Positions 28,888-38,192 of a DNA stretch of 64,000 nucleotides are shown piece after piece. Both the position numbers and the translations under genes were made by a program. Position 1 is the stretch's first letter. Every line of letters begins with the position of its first letter. Below the pieces are notes generated by a model, which saw only the letters and a list, made by a program, of their open reading frames with translations, had not been told where the DNA came from and did no database searches. The stretch comes from an uncultured Acidobacteriota bacterium (GTDB lineage Bacteria; Acidobacteriota; Thermoanaerobaculia; Multivoradales; DATKCC01): NCBI GenBank assembly GCA_963843755.1, contig CAWJLS010000002.1, positions 193,279-257,278 on the forward strand, written 5' to 3'.

Positions 28888-29729
28888 ACCCCCCGAAGCT
28901 GCTCGCCCTCTACGGCCTGAAGTGGAATCCCTTCCATCCCGACGTCCCGGTCGACGCCCTGTGGCGCCCGCCCGAGCTCGATCACTTCTGCTGGCGCATC
29001 GAAAACCTCGCCCGCGACGGCGGCTTCGCCCTCGTCACCGGCGAGCCGGGCACCGGCAAGTCGGTGGCTCTGCGCCTCGTGGCCCACCACCTCAAGACTC
29101 TCCCGGACCTCGCCCCGGCGGTCCTGACCCGGCCCCAGAGCGGCGTCGCCGACTTCTACCGCGAGCTCGGTCAGCTCTTCGGCGTGCCGCTCAAACCCCA
29201 CAACCGCTGGGCCGGCTTCCACGCCCTGCGCGAGACCTGGCTCGGCCACGTCGAGGCCACCCGTCTGCGTCCGGTGCTACTCGTCGACGAGGCCCAGGAG
29301 GTGCCCGCCGCCGTCCTGGCCGAGCTGCGCATCCTCGCCTCCACCGACTTCGACTCCCGCTCGCTGCTGACCACGGTCCTGTGCGGCGACCAACGCCTGA
29401 CCCAGCACTTTCGCCACCAGGACCTGCTCCCCGTGGCCAGCCGCATCCGCACCCGCCTCGAGCTCGGCTACCGCACCCCGAAGCAACTCGCCGACTGGCT
29501 GGCCCACACCCTCGCCCAGGCCGGCCAGCCCCACCTGATGACCGAGGAGCTCGTCGTCACCCTCACCGAGCACGCCGCCGGAAACCTCCGCATCCTCGCC
29601 AACCTGGCCCAGGAGATGCTCGCCACCGCCGCCCACCGCGACCTGACCCACCTCGACCAGAAGCTCTACCTCGAGCTCTTCACCCCGCCGACCCAAGCCC
29701 GGCCCCGAAGCGCCGGCGAGCGACCGTGA
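28884..29729 (+). CDS. AAA ATPase, TniB/ExeA-like transposition helper
   Basis: Walker A TGEPGTGKS and Walker B LLVDEAQ. ATGA overlap with the transposase. Confidence 0.85.
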   Translation: MNPPKLLALYGLKWNPFHPDVPVDALWRPPELDHFCWRIENLARDGGFALVTGEPGTGKSVALRLVAHHLKTLPDLAPAVLTRPQSGVADFYRELGQLFGVPLKPHNRWAGFHALRETWLGHVEATRLRPVLLVDEAQEVPAAVLAELRILASTDFDSRSLLTTVLCGDQRLTQHFRHQDLLPVASRIRTRLELGYRTPKQLADWLAHTLAQAGQPHLMTEELVVTLTEHAAGNLRILANLAQEMLATAAHRDLTHLDQKLYLELFTPPTQARPRSAGERP

Positions 29730-29736
29730 GCTCCCC

Positions 29737-30099
29737 ATGACCGCCTTCCCCGAGCGCCACGACTACATCCAGCGCCTCCTCGGCCTCTACCGCCGCACAC
29801 CCGAGACCACCGGCGTCGTGCGTCGCGCCGACCGCCGCCTGGCCGGCCAGCTCTACGACCGACGCGTCCCCCTCGAGCTGCTCGACGTCGCCCTGCGCCT
29901 CACCATCGCCCGCCGCCAGCTCCGGCCTCCCGACGCCCCGCCCCTGACCACCATCCGCTCGCTCCACTACTTCCTCCCCGTCCTCGACGAGCTCGCCGAC
30001 CCCACGATCGATCCCGACTACCTCGACTACCTCCGCCATCGGCTCACGCCAACTCAGCGCTCCTCGCCCGACCGCATCCCTTCCCATCGACGACCGTGA
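29737..30099 (+). CDS. Transposon-encoded hypothetical protein
   Basis: 120-aa ORF directly after the ATPase, ending about 30 bp from the right IR. Confidence 0.45.
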   Translation: MTAFPERHDYIQRLLGLYRRTPETTGVVRRADRRLAGQLYDRRVPLELLDVALRLTIARRQLRPPDAPPLTTIRSLHYFLPVLDELADPTIDPDYLDYLRHRLTPTQRSSPDRIPSHRRP

Positions 30100-30137
30100 A
30101 CACAGTGCCATCGATTAGCTTGATCACTCTCACGGCG

Positions 30138-30980
30138 CACGACCTGGCGCTGATTCATCTTGATCTTGGGAACCTAACAACTGCCGAATCGTTCTTCGAG
30201 CAGAGCATCGGCCTGAGCAGTCGCGCCGGCGATCTGCGACATGTCGGCTGGTCCCACTTCCAGCTCGGAATCCTGAGTTATGAGCGCGGTGATTTTCCGG
30301 TGGCCGAGGCCCGTTTCCGAGAGTCCGAGAGAATCGCTTCAACGGTAGGCGACGTAAATCATCTGGCCTTCGTCGATCACGAGTTAGGTCTTCTTCTTTT
30401 TCTGCAAGGTAAACTGAAGGCGGCAGCCAAGCGGTTTCTCTCTGCGCTGAGGACGGACCGACACACAGGCAGCGAGGCGTTCTCCGGCATGGACTACCAA
30501 CACTTGGGGGTTGCCCTTCTCGAAGTCGGGCGATGGCGATGCGCGGAGCGCTTCCTCTCTCGCGCCCAGGAGATTTATGAACGCACGGGCGACCGCGAGA
30601 CTCTTTCCGAACTCCGTAGCTACTTCGCACAGCTCTACCTCCTCCAAGGACGACTTGACGACGCCACCGACGCGGCGACCCGCGCGGTCGAGGAAGCGTC
30701 ACAGCATGGCCTTCCACAGTTTCGACGAAGGGCGGCTTTCGTTCGCTCCCTCTGTCGGGTTGTGGCGGGGCGGGCTCGATCGGAATCCCTGCTCGGAGAA
30801 ATCGACGACGCTGTCCGGGCGGAGCAGCTCCCGCTGATACTCGACGAGGTCTACCTCACATTCAAGAAGGGGTGGGGCAGCGTGTTGCTGAGGGAACGCC
30901 CCGAATTGGTCTCGCGCGTCCGCGGGATCTTCAAGAACCTTGGGAATACGCGCCGTTTGGCTAGAATCTCCCCTTCGTGA
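30138..30980 (+). pseudogene. SIR2-TPR protein, C-terminal TPR part (displaced by the transposon)
   Basis: The frame of ORF 30096..30980 from HDLALIHLDLGN onward joins in-frame to ...DEAGDAA at 26472 once the element and one TSD copy are removed. TPR-like repeats (GDLRHVGWSHFQLGILSYERGDFPVAEARF...). Confidence 0.75.
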
Positions 30981-31303
30981 CAGTTGTCAGGCTATGCGGA
31001 CCAGGCCTGTTGACCCAAGGTGGGTTGTGCTTCGGGTGCACGGGTGGATGGCGTCAGTTGTCTTTCGCGAACGAAACAACCAGCCTGGCGTTGTCCAACC
31101 GGAACTCCAATCTCGCGAAGAGAAGGAGCCTAACCCATCTTCTACAGTCGCCGAGCCCTCCAAACGCGTAAGTCGTTTATTTCTGTAACTTGATCTGGCG
31201 GATTTTGGGGAAATCCCTGAATCCTGGTGCCAACTTTTTCCGGGATGCCTGTTGACGGGCAATGGATAGGGCGCTATTGTCTAGGTGTCAACCGGAGGCG
31301 CCA

Positions 31304-32947
31304 ATGTTCTTCCGACAGAAGACGGTCAAGGGCTACACCTACCTCCAGATCGTCGAGAACCGCTGGGAGAAAGGCCGAAGCCGTCAGCGGGTGCTCGCCA
31401 CCCTGGGCCGGCTCGACCAGCTCCGCGAAGAAGGGCGTCTGGAGGTTCTCCTCGAGTCTGGTGCTCGCTTTGCCGAGTCGATGCTGGTGCTCTCGGAAGT
31501 CCGCCGGGGCGAGCTCGCCACGAGTGCCTCTCGACGGATCGGCCCACCGAAGGTCTTCGAGCGGCTCTGGCACGAGACGGGCTGTGCCGAGGTGATCCGG
31601 AAGCTCCTCGCCGAGCGCGCCTTCGAGTTTCCCGTCGAGCGGGCGATCTTCCTCGAGGTGCTCCACCGCCTGGTGGCTCCCGGCTCCGACCGCGGCGGTG
31701 TCGAGTGGCGCCGGGCCTACGGGATCGACGGCGTCGAGGGCCTGGAGCTCCACCACGCCTACCGGGCCATGGCCTGGCTGGGCGAGCCGCTGGCCGAGGA
31801 GACCCCCGCCGGAGCGCTCGCTCCCCGCTGCACCAAAGACCGCATCGAGGAGGCCCTCTTCGCGCGGGACCAGGATCTCTTCTCCTCGCTCCAACTCGTC
31901 TTCTTCGACACGACCTCGATCTACTTCGAGGGTGAGGGTGGCCAGAGCCTCGGCCAGCACGGTCACAGCAAGGATCATCGGCCGGACCTGAAGCAAATGG
32001 TCGTGGGGATGGTCCTCGACCAGGAGGGTCGGCCGATCTCGTGCGAGCTGTGGCCCGGCAACACGAGCGACGTGACGACGCTCGTGCCGGTGGCCAAGCG
32101 GCTCCGGACGCGCTTCGGCATCGGCCGCGTTTGCTTGATCGCCGACCGGGGGATGATCCAGGCCAAGACTCTCCAAGCCCTGGAGGCCGAGGGCTGGGAC
32201 TACATCGTCGGTGCCCGGATGCGGAGCCAGAAGGAAGTGCGTGACGAGGTCCTCGGCCGAGGCGGGCGCTTCCGCCAAGTCGTGGGACCGCGCAAGAGAG
32301 CCAAGGACCCCTCGCCACTCGAAGTCAAGGAGGTGTGGGTCGACGAGCGGCGCTACATCGTCTGCCGCAACGAGGAGCAGGCGAGGAAGGACGCCGCCGA
32401 CCGGGAGGCGATCCTCGCCGCCCTCGAGAACAAGCTCCACGGCGGCGCGACATCGCTGGTCGGCAACCGCGGCTTCCGGCGCTACCTCTCGGCGAAGGGG
32501 AAGGGCTTCCAGATCGATCCGGGCAAGATCGAGCGCGACCGGCGCTACGACGGCAAGTGGGTGCTGCGCACCACCACCGACCTCGATGCGGCCGACGTCG
32601 CCTGGGCCTACAAGCAGCTCTGGACGGTCGAGGAGATCTTCCGCACCATGAAATCGTTGCTCGAGACCCGCCCGATCTGGCACCGCCTCGACGAGACGAT
32701 CCGCGGCCACGTCTTCTGCTCGTTTCTGGCCCTGCGGCTGCGCTTCGAGCTCGAGAGCCGCCTCGCCGAGCGCGGTGAGAGCTTCGAATGGGCCTCCGTC
32801 CTCCGCGACCTCGACCAGGTCGAGGAGATCGAGGTGGAGAAGAAGGGCACCCGCTTCGTCCTACGCTCCGAGGCCCCGGGCTCGGCCGGCAAGGCCTTCC
32901 AGGCTGCCGGCGTCGCCCTGCCTCCCACGGTTCGGAAGGTGAGCTGA
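31304..32947 (+). CDS. IS1634-family (IS4-like DDE) transposase
   Basis: ATG 31304 after GGAGG. MFFRQKTVKGYTYLQIVENRWEKGRSRQRVLATLGRLDQL N-terminus. DDE context FFDTTSIYFEG, LIADRGM. The element's ends were not resolved. Confidence 0.85.
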   Translation: MFFRQKTVKGYTYLQIVENRWEKGRSRQRVLATLGRLDQLREEGRLEVLLESGARFAESMLVLSEVRRGELATSASRRIGPPKVFERLWHETGCAEVIRKLLAERAFEFPVERAIFLEVLHRLVAPGSDRGGVEWRRAYGIDGVEGLELHHAYRAMAWLGEPLAEETPAGALAPRCTKDRIEEALFARDQDLFSSLQLVFFDTTSIYFEGEGGQSLGQHGHSKDHRPDLKQMVVGMVLDQEGRPISCELWPGNTSDVTTLVPVAKRLRTRFGIGRVCLIADRGMIQAKTLQALEAEGWDYIVGARMRSQKEVRDEVLGRGGRFRQVVGPRKRAKDPSPLEVKEVWVDERRYIVCRNEEQARKDAADREAILAALENKLHGGATSLVGNRGFRRYLSAKGKGFQIDPGKIERDRRYDGKWVLRTTTDLDAADVAWAYKQLWTVEEIFRTMKSLLETRPIWHRLDETIRGHVFCSFLALRLRFELESRLAERGESFEWASVLRDLDQVEEIEVEKKGTRFVLRSEAPGSAGKAFQAAGVALPPTVRKVS

Positions 32948-33233
32948 GCGAGGCTGACCGGCCGCAAACCTCGATTTCATGGTGCCAACGCCGAATTGCG
33001 CCTGCGTAAGTGGCGCAAGGTCAGTGAGTTACGATTGGGCACTGTAGAAGATGGGCTTGAGGGTGCCCTGGGGAGACACGGTGGCTGCGAGTGGACCGCG
33101 TCAGGCCAGATCGTGAGGTCAACCCTGGAACCCCAAGGGGTCCTTGTATGGCATGTACGCGAAACCTGTATCGAGAACCTCGCACCAAGCCCGGCTTGGC
33201 CGTTGGATCTTGCGGACCACAGCTTCCCCGTGC

Positions 33234-35285
33234 TCAGTACGCTAGGTCGTCAAAGAGGGTGGCGTGGCCGTCGTTGATGGGGGGGAGGACGACACGGGCC
33301 CCGTGACGGATGGGTTGGACAAGGGTGTGCTGCTGGACCCGCGCCAAGACTTCGTCAGATTCGATGCGCTTCCGGAGCCAGCGCTCTGTCCACCAGAGGG
33401 TGATCTCCTCGGTGGTACGTTCTGGCTCACTCATGTCAAAGAGATACTCTGGCTCAGTATCCATCCCGAGGAGAAACTCACGCAGATTCCTGACGAGCGG
33501 CACGCCGTAGACGATGCGCTGCCTTCCATGCTGGAGTAGGGCGTCGGCTGGCAGATTGAGCGCGTCGAGACCGGCTCGGACTTTACGGAGTTTCGGGCTT
33601 ACGCCCTCACCGAATATGCTGTTGACCCTCTGGCCGTTGCTGGATTGCTGGACCAGGGAGACGAGAGCGTCGACTGTGTCCGAGCTGAATTGCGAGGTAC
33701 CATAGGCTTCGGACTTACCAAGCTCGCGGAAAGCGATCCGCTCACCCTCGGCGCCATCAATGCGGTCGGCCGGAATGTGCAGCCTGTTGTATTGACTAGA
33801 TCCGACTCCGTAGAGTGAGGTCGTCCCGAGAAATACCAACTCTGAGGGTCGAACAATAGGCTTACCCGCTATCGAAGACGCGATTTCGCTCTCCTGCTCA
33901 GCGTACTTCTTTCGATAGGCGGCGACCATTTGCGGGCTCACAGCCAACATAGAGACGAGTTTCCCACCGAGGATCGGGTTGTATGGAGCGACCGCACCGC
34001 AGACGGTGATATCGGCCATTGCGATCCCAACTCGGTCCGCCTTGGCTTTTCGGAGCACCTTCTTCACGATACGCTGTCCGTCTGCGGTCCCCAGCAGCGT
34101 GCGCACCTCATCTCGGGTTGGCGGCGAGGATAAGTACTCCTGGAGAACCATCCGCGAACGGAGCATGTCGGCCAGAGAGAGTGCGCGCTTGCTGCGATAG
34201 AGATGTGCTCGGGCGCGCATTCGCCAGTGAGCTTCGGTGCTGCCGGTTTGGTCGCGTTTCGCCGAGTGCTTCAAGTCTTGCGATCTAGCGAGCCGGTGGT
34301 GGAGTTCCCGCTGCTGCTCTCCGTGTTTGATGAGACGTTGAAGCGCTGCGAGCGTCGGAGCACGGAGTTCGGCTGGAGAGAGCAGTTCTTCCTCGAAGAA
34401 ATCGTCGAGATGAATCTCCCCGATTGCTGTCTCCACCGTCTTGCGGAGCCAACTTCCGAGCTCTGCAGACGGTGCCTCGCTCACAAGTTCCATGAACGCT
34501 TCGGGGTGCCATCCAATCCAAGCGTCCCGTTCTCGGATCTGAACGATTGGGCTCCCTAGAGACCCGATCCCAATCACGGGGTGGTACTCGCGAGCTCGAT
34601 CGCGGACAAGGAATGCCATCGAGCGTCCAGGTGTATTCGTGTATTGGTTCGTCCATGTATGACGAAAATACCGCCAAATGTCTTGGGTGCGGAGCCCGGT
34701 GTATTCGCAATACTCAACTTCATCTACGAACTGGATGTACGGGTTGATCACCGCCCTTAGTGCGCGGATGCGCCTATCTCCAGTTAGCGACCTCGCAGCG
34801 CGGAGCGACTCAGCAAGTTCGCGCCCGTCCCGGATTATTGAGTAGATCGAAACGAAGTGTCCATTGTGGACGGACCTCTTCTCCATCCCCTTGATGAACC
34901 TCCTCGTCGCGGCCTCTCGGAGCTGTTCATCGCGCTTGACAAGCTCCTGGGCTTTGATGCGCGCCTTCTCGCGCCCTGGGTCGAGCTGATCCCCTTCCGG
35001 GCGCTTTACCTCGACATCGCCGGCCTTGGTGACTTGGATCGACCAGCGCTGGCGAGCGAGGTCAGTCAGCACGCACAGCGCTGCGCGCAAAGCGGTCGCG
35101 CAGGCGTCAGGGCTACCGAGGCGCAATGATTCATTGAGCGCCTCGTCGAAGTTCTCACCGTCATCATTGTTGGTCAGCAACGCGGATAGCCGCGTGGCGT
35201 GGTTGCGGAAAGCCTGCTTTGCCGCGCTGCGCTCCGAGAACGGTGGAGAGAGCACAACCCAGTTGTTGTGTGCTTGACGGCCCAT
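33234..35285 (-). CDS. DruA-like DUF4338 domain protein (683 aa)
   Basis: GRSMAFLVRD...VIGIGSLGSPIVQIRERDAWIGW, ITVCGAVAPYNPILGGKLVSML and LGTTSLYGVGSSQYNRL resemble the DUF4338 core. Its start lies 3 nt after the upstream stop. Confidence 0.65.
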   Translation of the reverse strand: MGRQAHNNWVVLSPPFSERSAAKQAFRNHATRLSALLTNNDDGENFDEALNESLRLGSPDACATALRAALCVLTDLARQRWSIQVTKAGDVEVKRPEGDQLDPGREKARIKAQELVKRDEQLREAATRRFIKGMEKRSVHNGHFVSIYSIIRDGRELAESLRAARSLTGDRRIRALRAVINPYIQFVDEVEYCEYTGLRTQDIWRYFRHTWTNQYTNTPGRSMAFLVRDRAREYHPVIGIGSLGSPIVQIRERDAWIGWHPEAFMELVSEAPSAELGSWLRKTVETAIGEIHLDDFFEEELLSPAELRAPTLAALQRLIKHGEQQRELHHRLARSQDLKHSAKRDQTGSTEAHWRMRARAHLYRSKRALSLADMLRSRMVLQEYLSSPPTRDEVRTLLGTADGQRIVKKVLRKAKADRVGIAMADITVCGAVAPYNPILGGKLVSMLAVSPQMVAAYRKKYAEQESEIASSIAGKPIVRPSELVFLGTTSLYGVGSSQYNRLHIPADRIDGAEGERIAFRELGKSEAYGTSQFSSDTVDALVSLVQQSSNGQRVNSIFGEGVSPKLRKVRAGLDALNLPADALLQHGRQRIVYGVPLVRNLREFLLGMDTEPEYLFDMSEPERTTEEITLWWTERWLRKRIESDEVLARVQQHTLVQPIRHGARVVLPPINDGHATLFDDLAY

Positions 35286-35288
35286 TGA

Positions 35289-36848
35289 TCATCCGTTTAG
35301 GAAAGTAGCGAGCGTGTCGCTCCACCCGGCCCGCAGTTGCTCCGCGACCTCAAGCGTCTCCGTTCCCTCGAGCAGTGCCTCGGTACGCGCCGCCGCAAGC
35401 AGCAGTAGGTCGATCTGCGACCGCACCGTCTCGTCCCTGGGGTTCTCGGACTCGAGTAGTGGCTTGTACACAAGCTTGTAGAACGGGTGATCTGGGTTGA
35501 GGACGAGGACTAGCCGTCCCTTGTCTCGCGCATAGTTGAAAAAAGAGGTCTCGCTCAATGCGGTTGGGACGATCCGATACTCGGTCAAGGTGTCGTTGTC
35601 ACTCCCTGAACGCGCTGTTGGGGGCAGCGTCTTTCCCAGTGCTCCGAGGATCCTCTTGTCGCGCAACCGCGGCTTCGGCGGCAGGGGAGCCAGCGTGTCG
35701 TCCTTCTCGCTCGCGCGGTTCTCAGACGAAGTGAATCGCTCCGCGATCTTCGCGTTGAGGTGAGCCTTCCTTGCGCGGCTGTTGAGTGCACGCGCTGTCG
35801 CCTCCATGTCGGCGCTCAGCGCCTCTACAAGGTGGGGGCGTGGCCGGATCTGTTGCTTGGTGTGCGTGATCCCAAACGCCTCGTCCAGGATCGGATCGAA
35901 CATGATCTCGCAGCGCCACCAGTCGTCATAGTTCTCCCGCCGCTTCCCTCCGAGGAAGAACCAGCCGTAGTCCACTTCGCGACCACAACGGACGACAGAA
36001 ACACCAGCGCCTTTGGCGATCCCACGGGCCCGCTTCTCTTTGTTGCTGAGCTTCGACCACTCGGCGACAGGCAACTCCGAGAACCGCACCTTGACGAACC
36101 CTGTCTTACTCAGGTCTTCGGGGTCGGTAGCAATCTCGTAGACCAACTCCTCCGCGAACTGGCTCGCACCGCTGTAGAGTGCGTCTGGGTGGAGAAAGAG
36201 GGGGTCGATGGGCTGGACTGCGTCACCGTTCACTGTGATAGTCGTCCCGCCCCACAAGAAGTGGCGGAATCGCCTTCCAAGAGCCACTAAGAGCTTCCGT
36301 GTAATGGTCGAGATGCGGCGGTTGTCCAGCCTGTCGCAACGACTCCAGGTCACCGCGGTGCCCGATCCGTATCCGTTGACGAACTCCGGCCTCCTGACCC
36401 GGCTCGGTTTGGGGACCTCGGTCAGTTTGCCGGACACGATCTCCTCGAGGTCGAGGTAGGAGGTGAGTACCTGGCCGCGTCCTGTGGTCCAGGTATGCAC
36501 CGTCACCCGCTGGGCCTGGCTCAATGAGCTGTTGGGTAGGCCCATGCCATAACGCCCAAGGCCTCTTCGATCGTCGAAGCGAGTACTGCCGCCGAATCGG
36601 AGCGCGGTCCGCAAGGTTCGAGAGTCCATACCAGAGCCGTTGTCGATGACGGTGAGGATGAGCGGATGTTGATCCTCGTCCTCGTCCACCATGACCGACA
36701 CTGCGATCGACGTAGCGCCCGCCTGTAGGGAGTTGTCGACAAGTTCGGCGACAGCGCTCGCCGTGCCCTTGTACCCTGAGTCGCGCGTAGCCTGGATGAA
36801 CCTGTCGACCGCGACAATCGAGAAGTCCTGATCCCCGGATGCGTTCAT
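35289..36848 (-). CDS. GHKL (Bergerat-fold, MORC/HATPase_c_3-like) ATPase, paralog 1
   Basis: N-box AELVDNSLQAGA, G1 box IDNGSGM, G2 box GRYGMGLP. Shared paralog motifs FGITHTKQQI and NPDHPFYKLVY. Confidence 0.8.
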   Translation of the reverse strand: MNASGDQDFSIVAVDRFIQATRDSGYKGTASAVAELVDNSLQAGATSIAVSVMVDEDEDQHPLILTVIDNGSGMDSRTLRTALRFGGSTRFDDRRGLGRYGMGLPNSSLSQAQRVTVHTWTTGRGQVLTSYLDLEEIVSGKLTEVPKPSRVRRPEFVNGYGSGTAVTWSRCDRLDNRRISTITRKLLVALGRRFRHFLWGGTTITVNGDAVQPIDPLFLHPDALYSGASQFAEELVYEIATDPEDLSKTGFVKVRFSELPVAEWSKLSNKEKRARGIAKGAGVSVVRCGREVDYGWFFLGGKRRENYDDWWRCEIMFDPILDEAFGITHTKQQIRPRPHLVEALSADMEATARALNSRARKAHLNAKIAERFTSSENRASEKDDTLAPLPPKPRLRDKRILGALGKTLPPTARSGSDNDTLTEYRIVPTALSETSFFNYARDKGRLVLVLNPDHPFYKLVYKPLLESENPRDETVRSQIDLLLLAAARTEALLEGTETLEVAEQLRAGWSDTLATFLNG

Positions 36849-37642
36849 TCGCCTGACTCCGTAGCTTCCTCGTTCGCCTTGCCCATCACCTTGACCTCCA
36901 CTCGCTCCATCACCATGGACTGGCCGAGGTCAAGCTGCTCGACGTGCTTGACTACGGTATCCCACTTGGTCGGGCGGTGATCTCCACGCGCGCGATCTCC
37001 TCTCGTACTAACCTCTCGTAGGCTCTCACCGTGTCCACGACCTCCTGATCGCCGGGGTGCTCCATCCTCGTCGTCCGACAGCGAGGTAACCCGCTCAACC
37101 CGGAGAGCGAGAGTGTGGAGGAGGGTCGGCGGCGCTTCAGGCTCGGCTGCTTCTGGCAGGCGGCCGACCGCGTCCGGTTTTGTCCCCAGGTGGTGGTTCG
37201 GGAACATCGCCGACCGCCCCTCCGGCTCGAGATGCCTGGCGAGTTCCACGTGTCGGCCATGGTCGTGGAGAGGGTAGTCGGGATTCTTCGGCTTGTTCTT
37301 CGGGCGGTACGATCTGCGTAACGCCACGGCCGACGGCGGCCCAGAGCCTAAGGCTCCGGACTCGGCAGAAGAGACCGCTTCGGCTTCGGACGCGCGCCGC
37401 ATGACCAGGGAGAGCCTACCCAAGGACAGGGCAGAGAAGATACTCCCCGACAAATCGAGCGGCTCGGCCCGTGACACTGGAGAAAGTGGTGGGTTCCCCC
37501 GCGCTTTGCCAGACGAAGCCAGCGGCGCCAGAGGCGAGGCTACGCCTGAGCCCGGGGTGGCGTCGGCGAGCGAACTGGAAGGGCTGGTTCGAAGAGGTGG
37601 GCTGCCTGTGGGGCGGCTGCTAGACTTCTCGTGGTTCTGCAC
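36845..37642 (-). CDS. Hypothetical protein (S/P-rich N-terminus), first gene of the GHKL-DUF4338 operon
   Basis: GTG 37642 lies 10 nt after AAGGAGG. ATGA overlap with the GHKL start. No recognisable domain. Confidence 0.5.
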   Translation of the reverse strand: MQNHEKSSSRPTGSPPLRTSPSSSLADATPGSGVASPLAPLASSGKARGNPPLSPVSRAEPLDLSGSIFSALSLGRLSLVMRRASEAEAVSSAESGALGSGPPSAVALRRSYRPKNKPKNPDYPLHDHGRHVELARHLEPEGRSAMFPNHHLGTKPDAVGRLPEAAEPEAPPTLLHTLALRVERVTSLSDDEDGAPRRSGGRGHGESLREVSTRGDRARGDHRPTKWDTVVKHVEQLDLGQSMVMERVEVKVMGKANEEATESGE

Positions 37643-38192
37643 GGAGCTATATCCTCCTTGCGGGATCGGGCCCGGGTGAGTTGCAGCTCGCCCGGGCCGC
37701 TTCTGGGATGGCCCTGGAGGTTAGACCCTAGGGCCAGCGTCTCAAAGAATAACGCTCTGATACCGCCATTCTAGGGCCTCGGAACGCAGAAGTCAAGCAG
37801 TTCGCGAATCTGGTCGCCTCCACGGCGTGTGCTCGGCGCCTTCCCCTCCAACCGTTTGGGGCGTTCGCCGTAGTCCCAACTCCGAAGCGGAGCCTCCGCT
37901 GACCGCTGCCTCAGAGCCCTTCCCTCCGGAGCTAGGATGCCTCGGAATGCGTGTCTACTTGGAGCCGAGAGTCCGACGACCCTCGCAAGAAGTCACCGCC
38001 GGGCGAGGCGAGGGGGTTATCGGATGTCGATGCGGTTGTGTGTATACTCCTGAACGGCAGGCGAGGTCCTCGCCCTAACCAGGCTCCGAAAAATGGGGCC
38101 TATAGGCAAAGGTCGAAGATCGTGCCACGGGAGAGCCTCTTCTGCTGCAACTGACGGACGAGCCGTCAGGATTGACAGAAGAGAGGCTCTCA

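Larger units (their letters stand above)
26473..30132 (+). mobile_element. TniA/TniB (Tn5053/Tn7/Mu superfamily)-type transposon, 3,660 bp
   Basis: Termini are TG...CA. Imperfect 25-bp IRs match at 18 of 25 positions (TGAGCCTGATCACGATAGGCGGTGG vs the reverse complement TGAGAGTGATCAAGCTAATCGATGG). 5-bp direct duplication CGGCG at 26468-26472 and 30133-30137. Confidence 0.8.

Noticed and set aside
26468-30133. AGCCTGATCAC / AGCTTGATCAC as an 11-bp direct target duplication of the transposon
   Set aside because: Joining the flanks on that basis breaks the SIR2-TPR reading frame. The match is explained by the palindromic TGATCA inside the inverted repeats. The CGGCG 5-bp TSD with TG/CA ends restores the frame.
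30981-33233. Attempt to define terminal inverted repeats and a TSD for the IS1634-family element
   Set aside because: I found only short direct matches (GGTGCCAAC at about 31226 and 32983; GCGTAAGT at about 31166 and 33003) and no convincing inverted repeat by eye. Only the transposase CDS is therefore reported.
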